Source of the DNA: Zygnema circumcarinatum SAG 698-1b
Lineage: Eukaryota; Plantae; Zygnematophyceae
Direction of reading: 5' to 3'
Length of the DNA: 64,000 nucleotides
NCBI GenBank assembly: GCA_037447605.1
Contig: CM074808.1
Span: 3,534,001-3,598,000, forward strand
The notes under the pieces were generated by a model. It was given only the letters and a program-made list of their open reading frames with translations. It had not been told where the DNA came from and searched no databases. A program made the translations under genes and the position numbers. Below are positions 10,315 to 22,282 of this stretch, piece by piece; within the stretch, counting starts at the first letter, position 1, and each line of letters starts with the position of its first letter.

Positions 10315-13300
10315 ATGGCTTCTATGATCTCAATGGGATCCTTAAGAAACCGGCCGGTGACAATCAGGTCGGTGCCACGCAGCAGTGTTCCGCAGCGCCG
10401 GCCGAGCTCCCTCCGCAGTTGTGCCCGCTTCTTTGTATTTGTTCTGCTACTTTTCACTATGGCCGGCCTCTCTACTATGGACGTTCTCATACGCAGGGTA
10501 GTCCGTCATATGTTCTCTTCTCCCTCTCCCGTCCTCGCCCCTCCCTCCTCTCTCTCCTCCTCCCCCTCAGTTGTCCGCCTCTCTGTGCCTGCTCCGCTGC
10601 AAGCTAGAAACAGATCAGCAGCCATTGCTTTTAGGGTTGGAGACCATGAAGGGATGGGAAAGCGGGAAATTTCACTGTCCGATGCTTCTTTAGAAGACGT
10701 ACTTCAGCAGCGCATAAAAAAAGCGGTTCAAAGTGTGCACGAAACGGAAAAAAATCAACCTTTCTTGCTGCATATTCTGGTAAGGCGTTGTTGAGTATGT
10801 GACTTGAGCCCTTTTTTTTTCCCCAACCTTTTTTCGGCGTTACTTGTCAAAAAGATAAGCATGCGTCCATGCCCTGCGTCATTCCCCTAGAGCTATAATG
10901 TGTAGAGCAACTTGAGAGTAAACTTGAATTGGCGGTTTTAACTTCGTTAGCGGTGAATTTGCAGCTTCTAGGAGGCTGCGAAAAGGAAAGTCTTCGAAAG
11001 ATTGTGGATTCTCTTCAGCTAGCAAGCTATGTGAATGATCTCGTACACTTAACAATTGCGGTCAATTGTACATCCATTCTACCCTATGCGAAGGTATCCT
11101 TCCTTTCTCCCGTTTTCGCTACCTTGACCTCGAAGACTGTGAAGAACAATTGCTATTGGAAAGAGCTCAACGGTGCAGCTAAACTTTTTGAAATAACGAG
11201 CTAAACGATACGCAGCACTTCAGTTCTATATTCATATTTAAAGCCGTGTGAATTCTCTAGCAAATAATGTGGTTTAAGATCTACAGGCATGTAACAAGCA
11301 TCTTGGGGAAAGTGTACATTGTCTAGAAGCCTTAGGGAAGTGCTATTCCGTCCAACTGAACTTACTGGCAAGGAGTAGGAAATGTTTCATACTCACTTAA
11401 TACCCTCCTTGGAGGACCTGAATTCCAACTTAGTCCTTGGGAATCCCTCATAACACGATCAGAAACCCGGATTTTGATGATGGAAATGACATTCAGAATG
11501 TGAAATGTAAGAGGCGAAGGACTCAATTCATGTTTTGAAAGTCCGTGAGGGATAGGTGGCCTGCAGGATATAAAATGGGAACATGGAACAAAACGGCTGA
11601 TTGAAAGTGGAGGTGGAATTGACGATGTAGATCCGCTCCGACTCTGGTGGCCTGAATCTGACAGAGAATATCTCCTATTGCTTCCCTCCAACGCGAGAAT
11701 TTCTCCAGGCTTCTACAAGGCATTACGGACACCCATCCTCGACTCTCTGAGCGAAACACATGAAAACGATGGTGATGTGAAAGGAGCCCATCGATCTATT
11801 TTAGTCAACACGAAGCTTGAAAAGGGCAAGAACGGATCTCAGAACGGAGAGAGTGAAGGAAAAGCCCTGACATTCGGACTAAACTCTTTGTTTGGAATTT
11901 CTTTAGACGCACAATCGACCCCATTGTTAAACAATGGGGTCGCAGGAGGAGTGGCAGGTGGTGCTCGACCTCCGAGGTTGGGGTCTAAAGGGGCCCCCGC
12001 AGATAAACCATATTTAACTCAAGTCATTGCTAAGGGATGTCAAATGCTTTTCCCAAAACCATGGAGGGAGTTTTGGGAGTGGCATCAGATGGCTCAAGCA
12101 CCACAAATCAGTACACCGGAATCTAAGTTCGATGAGGAGGCTTACGATTTCTCGTCTACATGCAGACAAGGTAAAAAATTCAGTTGTACGATAGTGGCCC
12201 TTCTTTTTCTCTTGTTTCTTGTTTGTACATTAAACCCATTTGCGTTCGGACAAACTGAGGGTGCTCGCCAAAAAAAAAAAAAAAAAAAAATCCTAAGATT
12301 GTCAGAAAGGTGTAACTACGTATTGGTTTCTTGGATTCTCTACTGTGCAAATCATCCCTTTCGTGGCCCCTGGTGTCTGATTTCTGATTTCTTTTTATGT
12401 TTTTTTCTCAGATTGGCAAGCGAGCTTCCTCACGTTTGCAATTGAGAGGGACCTTTTCAATCTCTATTATGGAATAATGCGGGTGAGTCTCTCTCTCACT
12501 CTCCAGAGAAAACAACGAGAAAAATAAATGCTTAAATATTGTACTATATGCTCAAGTTCTCAATGCCACTTTTATCTTATCCTTTTCAAGGGGGTGGGGA
12601 CCGACTGGTAGGGCGGGAAAAAATTTTGTTTTGTAAATCCGGAACAGGATCCCCTTCAGGTCCTTTCAGCCAACCCATTGGTGACAGCTGGCGATGCAGT
12701 CAATATTGCCCGTCGAGTGGGGCCAATCAAAAGACTGGACTCTCTTCCTCGTTTTGATTATTGCGGCCGCAAAATCACTCCCGGTTTCGTGGTTTCAGAT
12801 TCCTCGCAATTAAAGGAACTATTGGCTCCCATTTCCCGGGAAGGGGCAGTGGTAGGAGTGATGGTCTCGCCTGGATACGATGACATGCTACATAACTGGC
12901 TATGTTATGTCAAGGTGGGTCTACCCCACGTTACATAACTCTGCTAATGATGTCGAGATGCGTCTAAGCCCACTTCATGTTTCTAAGGTATCATGTTTTG
13001 GGGCTACCGGATGAGCAGGAGTTGGCTGTCCGAAACTACTTCATTATCACACAGGATAGAGAGCAGGCTGAGCGGCTCGGACTACGAGGGCTCGCAGTAT
13101 ACTATGCAGGGGCACTTCTGCAGGAGGAGGGGCAAGAGAAGCCACTAGACTATGGCTCCATACCGTATAAAAAGTTTATTCTCGCAAGGACGAAAGCCAT
13201 TGGGGAAATTCTCCACGCAGGGTATAACGTTCTGTTGGCGGACGTTGATGCGATATGGCTGTCAGATCCCTTCTTGCATTTGAAGGTGAGAGGAGATGCG

Positions 13301-14674
13301 GGAGATGCAGGAGAGGGGATGGGAGAGGAGGGGAAGAGAGCGAGGGAATGTGTGCTAGGCAGAAGAGGAAAGTTGGGAGAAGGGAGAGGAGCGAATGGAG
13401 TGAAGTGATCCTGGAGAGGCGAGAATGAGAGGATGATGAGCTAGAGAAGCGAGGTAGATTGGGAGGATGTGAGATGACAGATGAGAAGTCAGAGACAGCA
13501 GAGGAGAGACAGAGAGAGGGGGAGGGGCGAGGGAGAGAGAAAGAGCGAGAGAGAGGGAGGGGGCCGCGGAGGGAGAGGCGAAGGAAGGAGGGATAGTGGA
13601 GGAAAGGAGAGGAGTACTGATTTACCCGGTTATGTGGCTGGAATGGTTGTAGGAGGAAAATGTGGACATGTTTGCTCAACTGGAGGAGAGAGGCAACCCT
13701 TGTGGGGGTTTCCTCTACCTCATTCACACGATTCGCGTGCTCGAAGTGTGGGACCTCATCATAGCCATGTTCTCAGAGCACATAGCATGGCTTGAAACAC
13801 ATAGTTCTAAGGCTGATCCAGTAAAGTATGAAAAGTTTCTGCATAGCCAGCAGCACAATCACGAGCAAAAGTATTTGCAGGACATGCTGAAGCAGGGGAG
13901 GCACCCAATTACTCTGAGGGGGCTCGATCCGCTGCTCTTCATCAACGGCCGAGATTACTTCGATCACAAATTGGCTCAGATGAAGGGAATTGTACCCGTT
14001 ATGATTCACAACAACTATATCGTTGGAAAGCCGAGTAAAGTGCACCGGTTTCATATTAAGGGCATGTGGCGGGTCGATGCAAGCGGTAAGTGAGGGAGAG
14101 CTCTTGGAAGGGAGGAGGTGGCGAGGGATGGGAGGAGAGAGAGGCTTCTTTCGTGAACCGTTTCTTATGCCTACTGTTGTTCTCTGCTTATTGTGCAGGC
14201 ACGAGCTGTAAGTGTTTAACATTGTCATGCCAAGATCATCCGGCTCCGTGGTCTAATGCGAACATCACTCTACCGGAGAGTGAGCGCAGGAAGAGGTCCG
14301 TTTGGCTGAACAAGTTAACTGCAAGCAAAGAGAAGATGAGCTTGAAAGCAAGGAGTGCTATAGAGAAGGGATTATCAAGCGTGAAGGAGCTTGTGACGAG
14401 GAAGAGCGCAGTACAAAGGAGCCCGAAATTGGAACCTTTGGTAGCCACAAAGGAGAAGGAGAAGGGGAACGAGAAGGAGGTGGAAGGGGGAAGTGATGGG
14501 AGGGACAAGGGAGAAGGGAAACGAGGTAGCCCCAAGTTAGTGGGTAAGAACCGAGTTCCCATTAATCCTGAACATATCAACAGTAGTGCGAACAGCACGG
14601 CTGATCAGAGAGAGGGCAGGAAAGGCCCTAAGGTTGGAAAAGCGGTCGCAAGGACTAGACGGCGGCAACATTGA
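10315..14674 (+). CDS. Type II membrane glycosyltransferase: GT2-like (At5g60700-type) domain fused to a nucleotide-diphospho-sugar transferase (GT77) domain, multi-exon
   Basis: N-terminal TM segment FFVFVLLLFTMAGL. First domain: SLRKIVDSLQLASY, DIKWEHGTKRL, WWPESDREYLLLLPSNARISPGFY, CQMLFPKPWREFWEW. Second domain: MLHNWLCYVK, GYNVLLADVDAIWLSDPF (DxD), GGFLYL, LDPLLFINGRDYF, IHNNYIVGKPSKVHRFHIKGMW. Basic, low-complexity C-terminal tail ends at stop 14674. Splice sites I checked are in phase. Confidence 0.85.
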
Positions 14675-14992
14675 CAATGTGCTTTTCGCTGCTTGTACAT
14701 TATTCAATTGATTCTTCTTCTGCTCGGGTTGTTTTTGCCTCACTTGTGCTATTGTAACTGGGCATCCTCTCAATGTGTAAGAAAGGTCGTAGGTAGCATG
14801 ATGTACTGCACCATGGTGCAACCGAAATCTGCATGCCCAAGAACAAGTCGCCGGTTGCTAGAGGCGACTGAACGGACGATGAGCGGAGAAACGAGTTTCG
14901 AGTCTGGTTCGCATCACGTTGAAGTTCTTCATTTCTCTCCTTTTTGTTCCTTTGCCTACTTCTTTACTCTTCTTTTTTGGGGGGGTTAGACA

Positions 14993-15147
14993 TTGACCAT
15001 GGCCGTACTGAATTCCCGAATTTAGTATACTGTACTAAAAGTCAAAGTTTCGTGTACGAATTCCGGGTCGGGATCCGCCGTACCGAAATGCGTACCTAGC
15101 CAATGCTTAATTCGCCCGACAGGCTTACGAAATTCGGCCATGGTCAA
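14993..15147. mobile_element. Putative MITE of about 155 bp with perfect 13-bp terminal inverted repeats
   Basis: TTGACCATGGCCG (14993-15005) and CGGCCATGGTCAA (15135-15147) are exact reverse complements. The interior is GTAC-rich and non-coding. No target-site duplication recognised. Confidence 0.55.
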
Positions 15148-15319
15148 GCAAATGCAATGCAGCTTGGCAATCAACCGGGACGAGCCATTCCGAGTACGCT
15201 GAGGGGAACAAATGTTCGAATCGCAAGCAACCAGGCCACAACTTAAGGACTTGCCTTAATGAGGGGGTCTACAATCCTAACCTGAAAACAAAGAGTAACG
15301 GTTGCCCAAAGTCGGTGAC

Positions 15320-15492
15320 CTTTGCGGCTGCTTTTAGGGCTGCGTTTTTGCGCTCCGGATTAGTTTAGTTTAGTTTTTTGCTACTAGTTTTTTTTTTTGT
15401 GCTTAGGTCCTTTACGACCAGTTTCTTGTGGTTCCCTATGTTGACTTCGTCCATGTTCATTTGATGGCCTCGCCATCTTGAGACCAATACAA
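15320..15492 (-). repeat. Copy of a dispersed repeat family of about 120-170 bp (other copies 36679-36850, 37105-37225, 40765-40875)
   Basis: The reverse complement aligns by eye with the ...CATGGACAAAATCGTCATGGGGAACCACGAAGAACTAG...AGGACCT... core of the other copies. Confidence 0.75.
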
Positions 15493-15677
15493 ATCCCCTT
15501 TTCTTTTGTTGCACAATGTTGGAAGTCAGTAGAGAAAAGGATAAAACGGGGGGGGGTGGGATAACCAAAATAAGAGGGGGCTGGGGTGAAATATCCAAAA
15601 AGAGGGGGTGGGATAACCAATTTGGGAGGGCAAAAAATTCAAAAAGGGAGGGAGTGAAAATTCCAAAATAGGGGGTG

Positions 15678-15876
15678 CAGTATCATTCTCCAAAAAAAAT
15701 ATTTATCGGGATATATCTCATCTCGGATCGATATATTTCGGTAATCCCAGTTTCGATATAATGAGATATATCAGTCCTTGATATCGCGATATACAGGTGA
15801 CAATATATCAAAATATTAAAATTTCGACATATCGAGATATTAATGTTCGTCATATCGCGATATATTGGTCATACTG
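15678..15876. repeat. GATAT/ATATCG-rich array just upstream of CSE1, possibly subterminal repeats of a non-autonomous DNA transposon
   Basis: Many GATATA/GATATC/ATATCG motifs in about 200 bp. Ends CAGTATC.../...CATACTG are loosely inverted; no TSD found. Confidence 0.5.
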
Positions 15877-16101
15877 ACCGCAGACCTTCTGGAAGCCCTC
15901 CCTCTCCCATCCGTTTGAACGTCGCCGTCACTGACTGCACTTACCGTTCCCGCCCTCACTCTCCATCTCTCCCTCCCTCTCCCTCCTCTCCTCTCCCGCT
16001 CTCCCCTCTCTCCTTGTCCTTTCTCTCTCTCCTACCGCTCCTTCCTGGTCTCCCCCGGCCGCCTTCCTCATACCCTATTCCCCCCTCTCTCTTCCGCCGC
16101 C

Positions 16102-19100
16102 ATGCAGAGCTCAGACCAAGCCCTGCAGGGCCTGGCCCAGTGCTTCCTGGAATCGCTTTCGCACGAAGCAGAGCCCCGCAAGCGCGCGGAGGCGAACCTT
16201 AAGGCGCTCGCCGCCCAGCCGGGATATTGTTTTGCCGTGTTGCGCGTTGTGTCTGCGCCAGAGGTCGACCAGAACCTGCGCTGGGCAGCAGCGGTCAATT
16301 TTAAGAATCAGATAAAGTACAAATGGTCGCCGACGGAGCTGGATCAAGAGAGGATGGGGGAGATAGTGGCTATGCAGGTGAGCAGGCACATCTCACCTGC
16401 CTCACCTCACGTCACCTGGTTAGGGTTTGATGGAGGTGTGGGTTTGGTGCGTGCAAGTGGATATTGTTGTATGGAGGTAGGTGGAAATTTTAGTGGAGAA
16501 AAGTGTTTAGAAGGGGAAGGTTTTGGAAGAAGGGTACAGAGTTTCGGGGTTGGTAGTTTGGAAATACGCGAAGACACGGTGCAGTCTTGAAGGAGTATCT
16601 GGCATGCAGAAAGATTGGAAGGGTTAGGTGTCAGCTGTTGTGCAACAATGTTGAGTCCGTGCTCGTTGAGAAGGAAGTCTGTTAGGAGAGCAAGCAGTAT
16701 TGATTTGGACTGCTTGCATCCTGTAGTGGTTGTGAATCTTGAGAATCAGGTCAGTTTTCCTTCTGGGGATCTACCTATGTTTCATGTTTGACACTGTCCT
16801 GATGAACCTCTCCTTGCGATAGCTGAGCGGATTGCGGAATGAATAAGCAGTTTGCATGCATTGCCTACTTTCTCTATTAATGGTTCGTACTTGCTGCATT
16901 TGTCTCAGGATGGCGAAAAAGAGCAAATTAAGGCGCACATCGTGGAGCTGATGCTGAGTACCCCTCCGAGGATTCAAGCTCAGCTTTCAGAAGCTCTTGC
17001 CATCATTAGCACCCATGATTTTCCAGCCAAGTGGAATAATCTTCTTCCAGAACTTATCACCAAATTGGATACAACAGATTATACTGTCATAAATGGAGTT
17101 TTGGAGACAGCGAATTCAATTTTTCAGCGCTTTCGTGACCAGTACAAATCTAACGAACTGTATGTGGACTTGAAGTATTGTTTAGACAAGTTTGCTCCTC
17201 CGATGTTAGTGCTTTTCCAGAAAACTGGACAGTTGATTCTTGCGAGTGCGAACGTAGGGGATAATTTGAAGCGGTTGGTTCAAAGCCAGAAGTTGGTAGC
17301 ACAAATCTTTTATTCGCTCAACTCTCAGGAGCTGCCCGAGTTTTTTGAAGATCATATGAAGGAATGGATGACGGAATTTCATCGATATCTGACGTACCAA
17401 AATTCTCTGCTGGAGGAGACGGATGAGGTAGTTAAGCCTCACTTTCTCAATTCCTCTCGCTCGTCTCTCCTTTTCTCTCTCTCCATTTTTTCTTCTTTTA
17501 GTATTGTATTAATAAGAGGAGGGAGTGAATCTTTAGGACTGAGGCATATGGAATCTCTCACTTTTCTTCTCCCCTTTTAGGCTACATACAAGATGGAAAG
17601 CCAAGTCAGGTTCCTATGGTGTATTTAATTTAACAGGCCTCGAGGGGAATCCCACTACTTTGTCTTGACAAAGTAATGGGGATACACATTACCCAATTCA
17701 TAGCAGAATATTCATCGCCAGTTTTCATGGTGGTTAGCTCTAGTTCTTGTATAAGCTGTCTTTTGTTAATGGAGTATTTGGAGTGATTGTAACAGGTATC
17801 GGTGCTGGATGAGCTGAAAGCAGCTATCTGCGTGAACATCAACTTATACATGGAGAAGAACGAAGAAGAGTTTAAAGGCTATCTGCCCGGCTTTGTTATA
17901 GCTGTTTGGAACCTGCTTATGAGTGTGGGGCTTACCACCAAGCATGACCAACTTGCAATCACTGCCATTAACTTTCTTACGACTGTGAGCAAATCAGTTT
18001 ACCATACTGTTTTCAGTGACCCCACAAATCTCCAGACGATCTGCGAGGGAATTGTGATTCCGAATTTGCGGTTCAGGGAAGAGGACGAGGAGTTATTCCA
18101 GGATAACTTCTTAGACTACATCAGGAGGTATGTGTGTACTGCACATTTTGAGCGAATGCGCGAAAGACTCTCATATACTTGCACAATGATTGATTGAAAG
18201 AGGCCTATTCTTTCTTGTTCTGCAGGGACATGGAGGGTAGTGATTCCGACACCCGGCGACGAATGGCTTGCGAGCTGGTGAAGGGCTTGGCATCTCACTA
18301 TGAAAAGCAGATAACAGATGTATTTTCCCAGCATGTGGGGAAAATGCTTGCTGACTATGCAACAAATCCAGAAGAGAATTGGAAGGCCAAAGACTGCGCA
18401 ATTTATCTTGTGGTTGCTCTTGCAGTTCGGCAGAAAACAGAAGCAGCAGGGGCGACCTCTGTGAACGAACTTGTTAATGTAGGGGACTTTCTTTCCAATC
18501 AAGTGCTGCCAGAAATGAACACTCCAGATGTAAACAAGCTCCCAGTATTGAAAGCAGATGCACTGAAGTTTTTGACTACTTTTCGGACACAGCTGCCAAA
18601 AGCCAGATGCCTTGAACTGTTCCCGCAATTGATTCGTCTGATTCAAGCCGAGTCAAACGTGGTCCACTCATATGCTGCCAACTGCATCGAGCGGTTTTTG
18701 GTGGTTAAAGATGGGGGGAAGCCGCGGTTCACATCAGCAGATCTTCAGCCATTTGTGAAGGAACTGCTGGCTGCTCTTTTTGGCGGATTGAGGATATCGG
18801 ATTCTAATGTAAGTTGTGGTTGTACTGGCAAGTATCCTTTCTGAGATTGAAGAGAGAAAATCATGTCTGGCTGCATGTTGCATGATAGTTAAAACTTTCA
18901 AGCTATTCGCTGTGGAATTATGTAGAGAAATAGAGCCGGGGAGAGGCGGGGGGGGGGGGAGGGGGGGGAGGAGGAAAGGAGAAGAGGGAGGGAGAGAGGT
19001 TTTTAATTCTTGATTCTCAACCACCATTGTCTTATGCATTGCAGGAAAACCAGTACATTATGAAATGTATCATGCGAGTCATATCCATTGCTGACCTTGG

Positions 19101-20617
19101 CCCTCTCGCACCTCCCATAATAAGTGAACTTTCTGCTATCCTCGTTGAAGTATGCAAGAACCCTAAAAATCCATATTTCAACCACTATCTCTTTGAGGCA
19201 GTAGCAGGTCTTGTGAGGAAGCCATCCGCCGCGGACCCAACTCAAATTGCAGTGTTTGAAAACACTTTATTTCCCTTCCTCCAAATGATTCTTGTAAATG
19301 ATGTGCAAGAGTTTTCCCCCTATGCCTTCCAAATCCTCGCCATTTTGGTTGAGACCCGAAAACCTCCGCTTCCCGACGTCTATATGAGCATTTTCTCAGC
19401 CCTTATTTCCCCTCAATTGTGGGAAAGACCGGCCAATGTTCCGGCTCTTGTACGGGTATTGCAGGTTCGTACGCCTCTCTATTCCTGAAACTTGATTAAG
19501 CCATGAATGCATTTCCTTTGAACTTTTTTTCCAACTTTCTTCCTTACTATCACCACTGCCCTGCACTACCACAGGCTTATCTGGAGAAGGCGGCACCTGC
19601 TATTGTCTCGGCCAATCAGTTGCTTCCAGTACTCGGAGTATTTCACAAGCTTATAGCAAGCAAGCATACGGATCATCATGGCTTCTACGTGCTGAACACT
19701 GTCGTGGAATACCTAACTCCTGATGTGCTTTCTCCTTACATGAAGCAGATCTGGAATCTTCTCTTCTTCCGCTTACAGGTTTCGTCTGAAGCCTTAGTGC
19801 CCATTTCTTCCAGGCTTATCGTTTTTGGTTTCTCAGGGCACCACAAAAGGTCACTCTCTCAATTGTTTTCTTTGTCGTGCGGGCTTCTTGGGCTTGCAGG
19901 ATTCGAGAACCCCAAAATTTGTGCGAGGTCTTCTTATATTCATGGCTCTTTTCGTGGGGAAACATGGAACGGGACCTCTCTTGAATTCTGTGAATTCTGT
20001 TCAACCTGGGCTGTTCCTTCAGCTGATTGATCCTGTATGGGTCTCCACGCTTCCAATCATCACTGGGAGCATTGAGACGAAGCTATCGGTAGTAGCAGCA
20101 ACGAAACTTTTGACAGAATGGCCAGATTTGCAGGTAAGCTTACGCTTTCTCACAAGTTTTCAAAGCTTTGATTCTCTCTGCTTGCTTTTCAGCTCTTTGA
20201 TAGCCTCTCGCAAACAGAACTCTGGAAAAATTACAAAGCCCTAACTGCTACTTTTATCGTTGCCCTCACTTCCAGGTCGACGCAACGTTGCCACTTTGGG
20301 GACGCTTGCTTAATTCGACGGTTACATTAGCGGTACGTCCTGAGGAAGAGAGAGCGGTAGACGTGGATATTCCCGATGAATTGGACGAAGTGGCAGGCTA
20401 TCAGGCAGTGTTTGCGCAGTTGTATAATGCGGGGAAGAAGGAGGAAGACCCGATTCCTGACATCCGGGATGCAAAGGAGTACTTGGCGAGGGGAATAGGA
20501 GGAGTCTACAACCAAGCGAAGGAGAAATTCACGGGAGCTATTGGGGCAGGTTTGACGGGTGATAATCAAAAGGCGCTGCAGGAATTGTGTGCACGTTATG
20601 GTGTCCGGTTGGCGTGA
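16102..20617 (+). CDS. CSE1: Exportin-2 / importin-alpha re-exporter (CAS/CSE1), multi-exon
   Basis: Importin-beta N-terminal motif (RKRAEANL...[16 protein letters not shown]), [120 protein letters not shown]. Stop at 20617. Confidence 0.97.
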
Positions 20618-21385
20618 CATCTCGTCGCAAGGTATGGGTTTGGAGGGAGCGGCTGGATTGAAGGCTAATGCTTTGGGCTTCAAATTGTGAATGTGAGCTT
20701 TAAACTCAGGAGCCCTATAAAGCTCGAAGGCATTGTTTTTATTGGCGAATTCGGCACTTAATGGAACCGTATTGGTGTGTCCATTTTGCAGGTTTAGGGT
20801 ATGGGCGTAGGAGTGGATACATTAGCCATTAGTGCTTTCATTTGAGAAGAATAACGTGGAGTCGTTTATGCAACGGAGGAGGATGCTCAATATGCTGTCG
20901 CTTAGAGGAGGATGCTTCTAACGTTTGTGGTGCCCACGGTGAATGAAGAATCCTTGCAAGAGTTTGTATTCTGTTCCTTCCTTGTTATCTCCCTCTCTCT
21001 CTTCTCCTTCCTTTCTCTCTCCCTCATTTTCTGTACTTTTTGAATCCCGACGTGCCTTAAAAAGTCTAAATTTTAAAGAACCCACTTCAGACCCGACGGG
21101 TTCACTCGGATGAGACTTCCTCTGGTACAGTTGAGTCCCCTTTGCCTGAAATTGGATCGCCTTTCTTTCATTTCTGATATGTCTTCCTGATCTTCTTTTG
21201 TTGCTTTTTTGTTTAATTTCCCTTTCACAGCAGACGGCGGTGGCCTTCAGGTTCCTTCGATTTTGCATCAGACGCGTCGGCATAGATTGAAGAGGAGAAC
21301 AGGGCTCGTAGAGTATATAGTTGCGGTAGCAATTTTTTTTATGTACATGGAACGGGCGGGATGGCAACCTATGGCTTTGGCTATG

Positions 21386-21480
21386 ATGCGCACATCCATG
21401 CACATGCATACATGGGCATACATGGCATACGTACATGCATAGGCATACGTGCACATACATGGACATGCATGCGTGCACGT
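21386..21480. repeat. Purine-pyrimidine-alternating CATG/GCAT-rich array
   Basis: Repeated CATGCA, CATACATG and GTGCAC motifs visible over about 95 bp. Confidence 0.75.
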
Positions 21481-22282
21481 CCCTGGGCATTAGCAAGCCA
21501 CGAGCATTAGCAGCAGCAGTTGCCTGAATTTTGATAACGCGGTTTTTCTTCCCCCCCCCCCCCCCCCCCACCATTCCCTCGGGCTCCCCTTTTTTTTTGC
21601 TGAATGGCGGACAAGAGCAGTTGTTCTTGAAGGTATTGGGAAAATAAAAAGCAAGTTTCGCTGTCAGTTTTTTTCCCAGAGAATGTCTGTAAAACCTGTT
21701 ACTTCGAACGCGTGCGCCTCTCCCTCGCTCTCTCCCTCCTCGCCCCCTCCCCCCTTCGTCCGCTCCCCCCCCCTCTCGTCCTTCTCCCCCTCTCTCCCCT
21801 TCCCCCTTCTCCCGCTCTCTCCCAATTTTGTGCCTTGACTTTCTCCTCTCGTTTTTATTATGTTGAAGTCATGGGAAATAAGGGAAAATAGTTACTATTA
21901 TTCCTTAGAAGTCAATCGTCACACGTGAAGCACTGACTAATGTGGGATTTTCTGGGCCGCTGGTGCTTGAAATTCATCTCAAATGTTACACAGGAGCGTA
22001 CATAACTTGGATAGACTATGCTCGGAAAGCGAATGTACAGAGAAACAGTAAAACACTACTCGACACTGTTCAATCAACGACATCGCCAAGGAATTTGCTC
22101 CACTGGCTACGAAAAAAACAACACTGGTGCACAAGTACGATCTTACATTTCTCAGACTGGAACGGAAAAAGGGTTGACTATACAAACAAAACTGTACCCT
22201 TCCTTTCCTACAACATCAAGAAGCTTTTAACATTTACCAGTTCATGCAGTCTCCGTTTTCAGAGTATGCACGAGTGAAATGT

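Noticed and set aside
20918-22277. Additional gene between CSE1 and the LEA-like gene
   Set aside because: The ORFs cross simple repeats and poly-C/G runs. I could not build an in-phase exon chain or recognise a domain.
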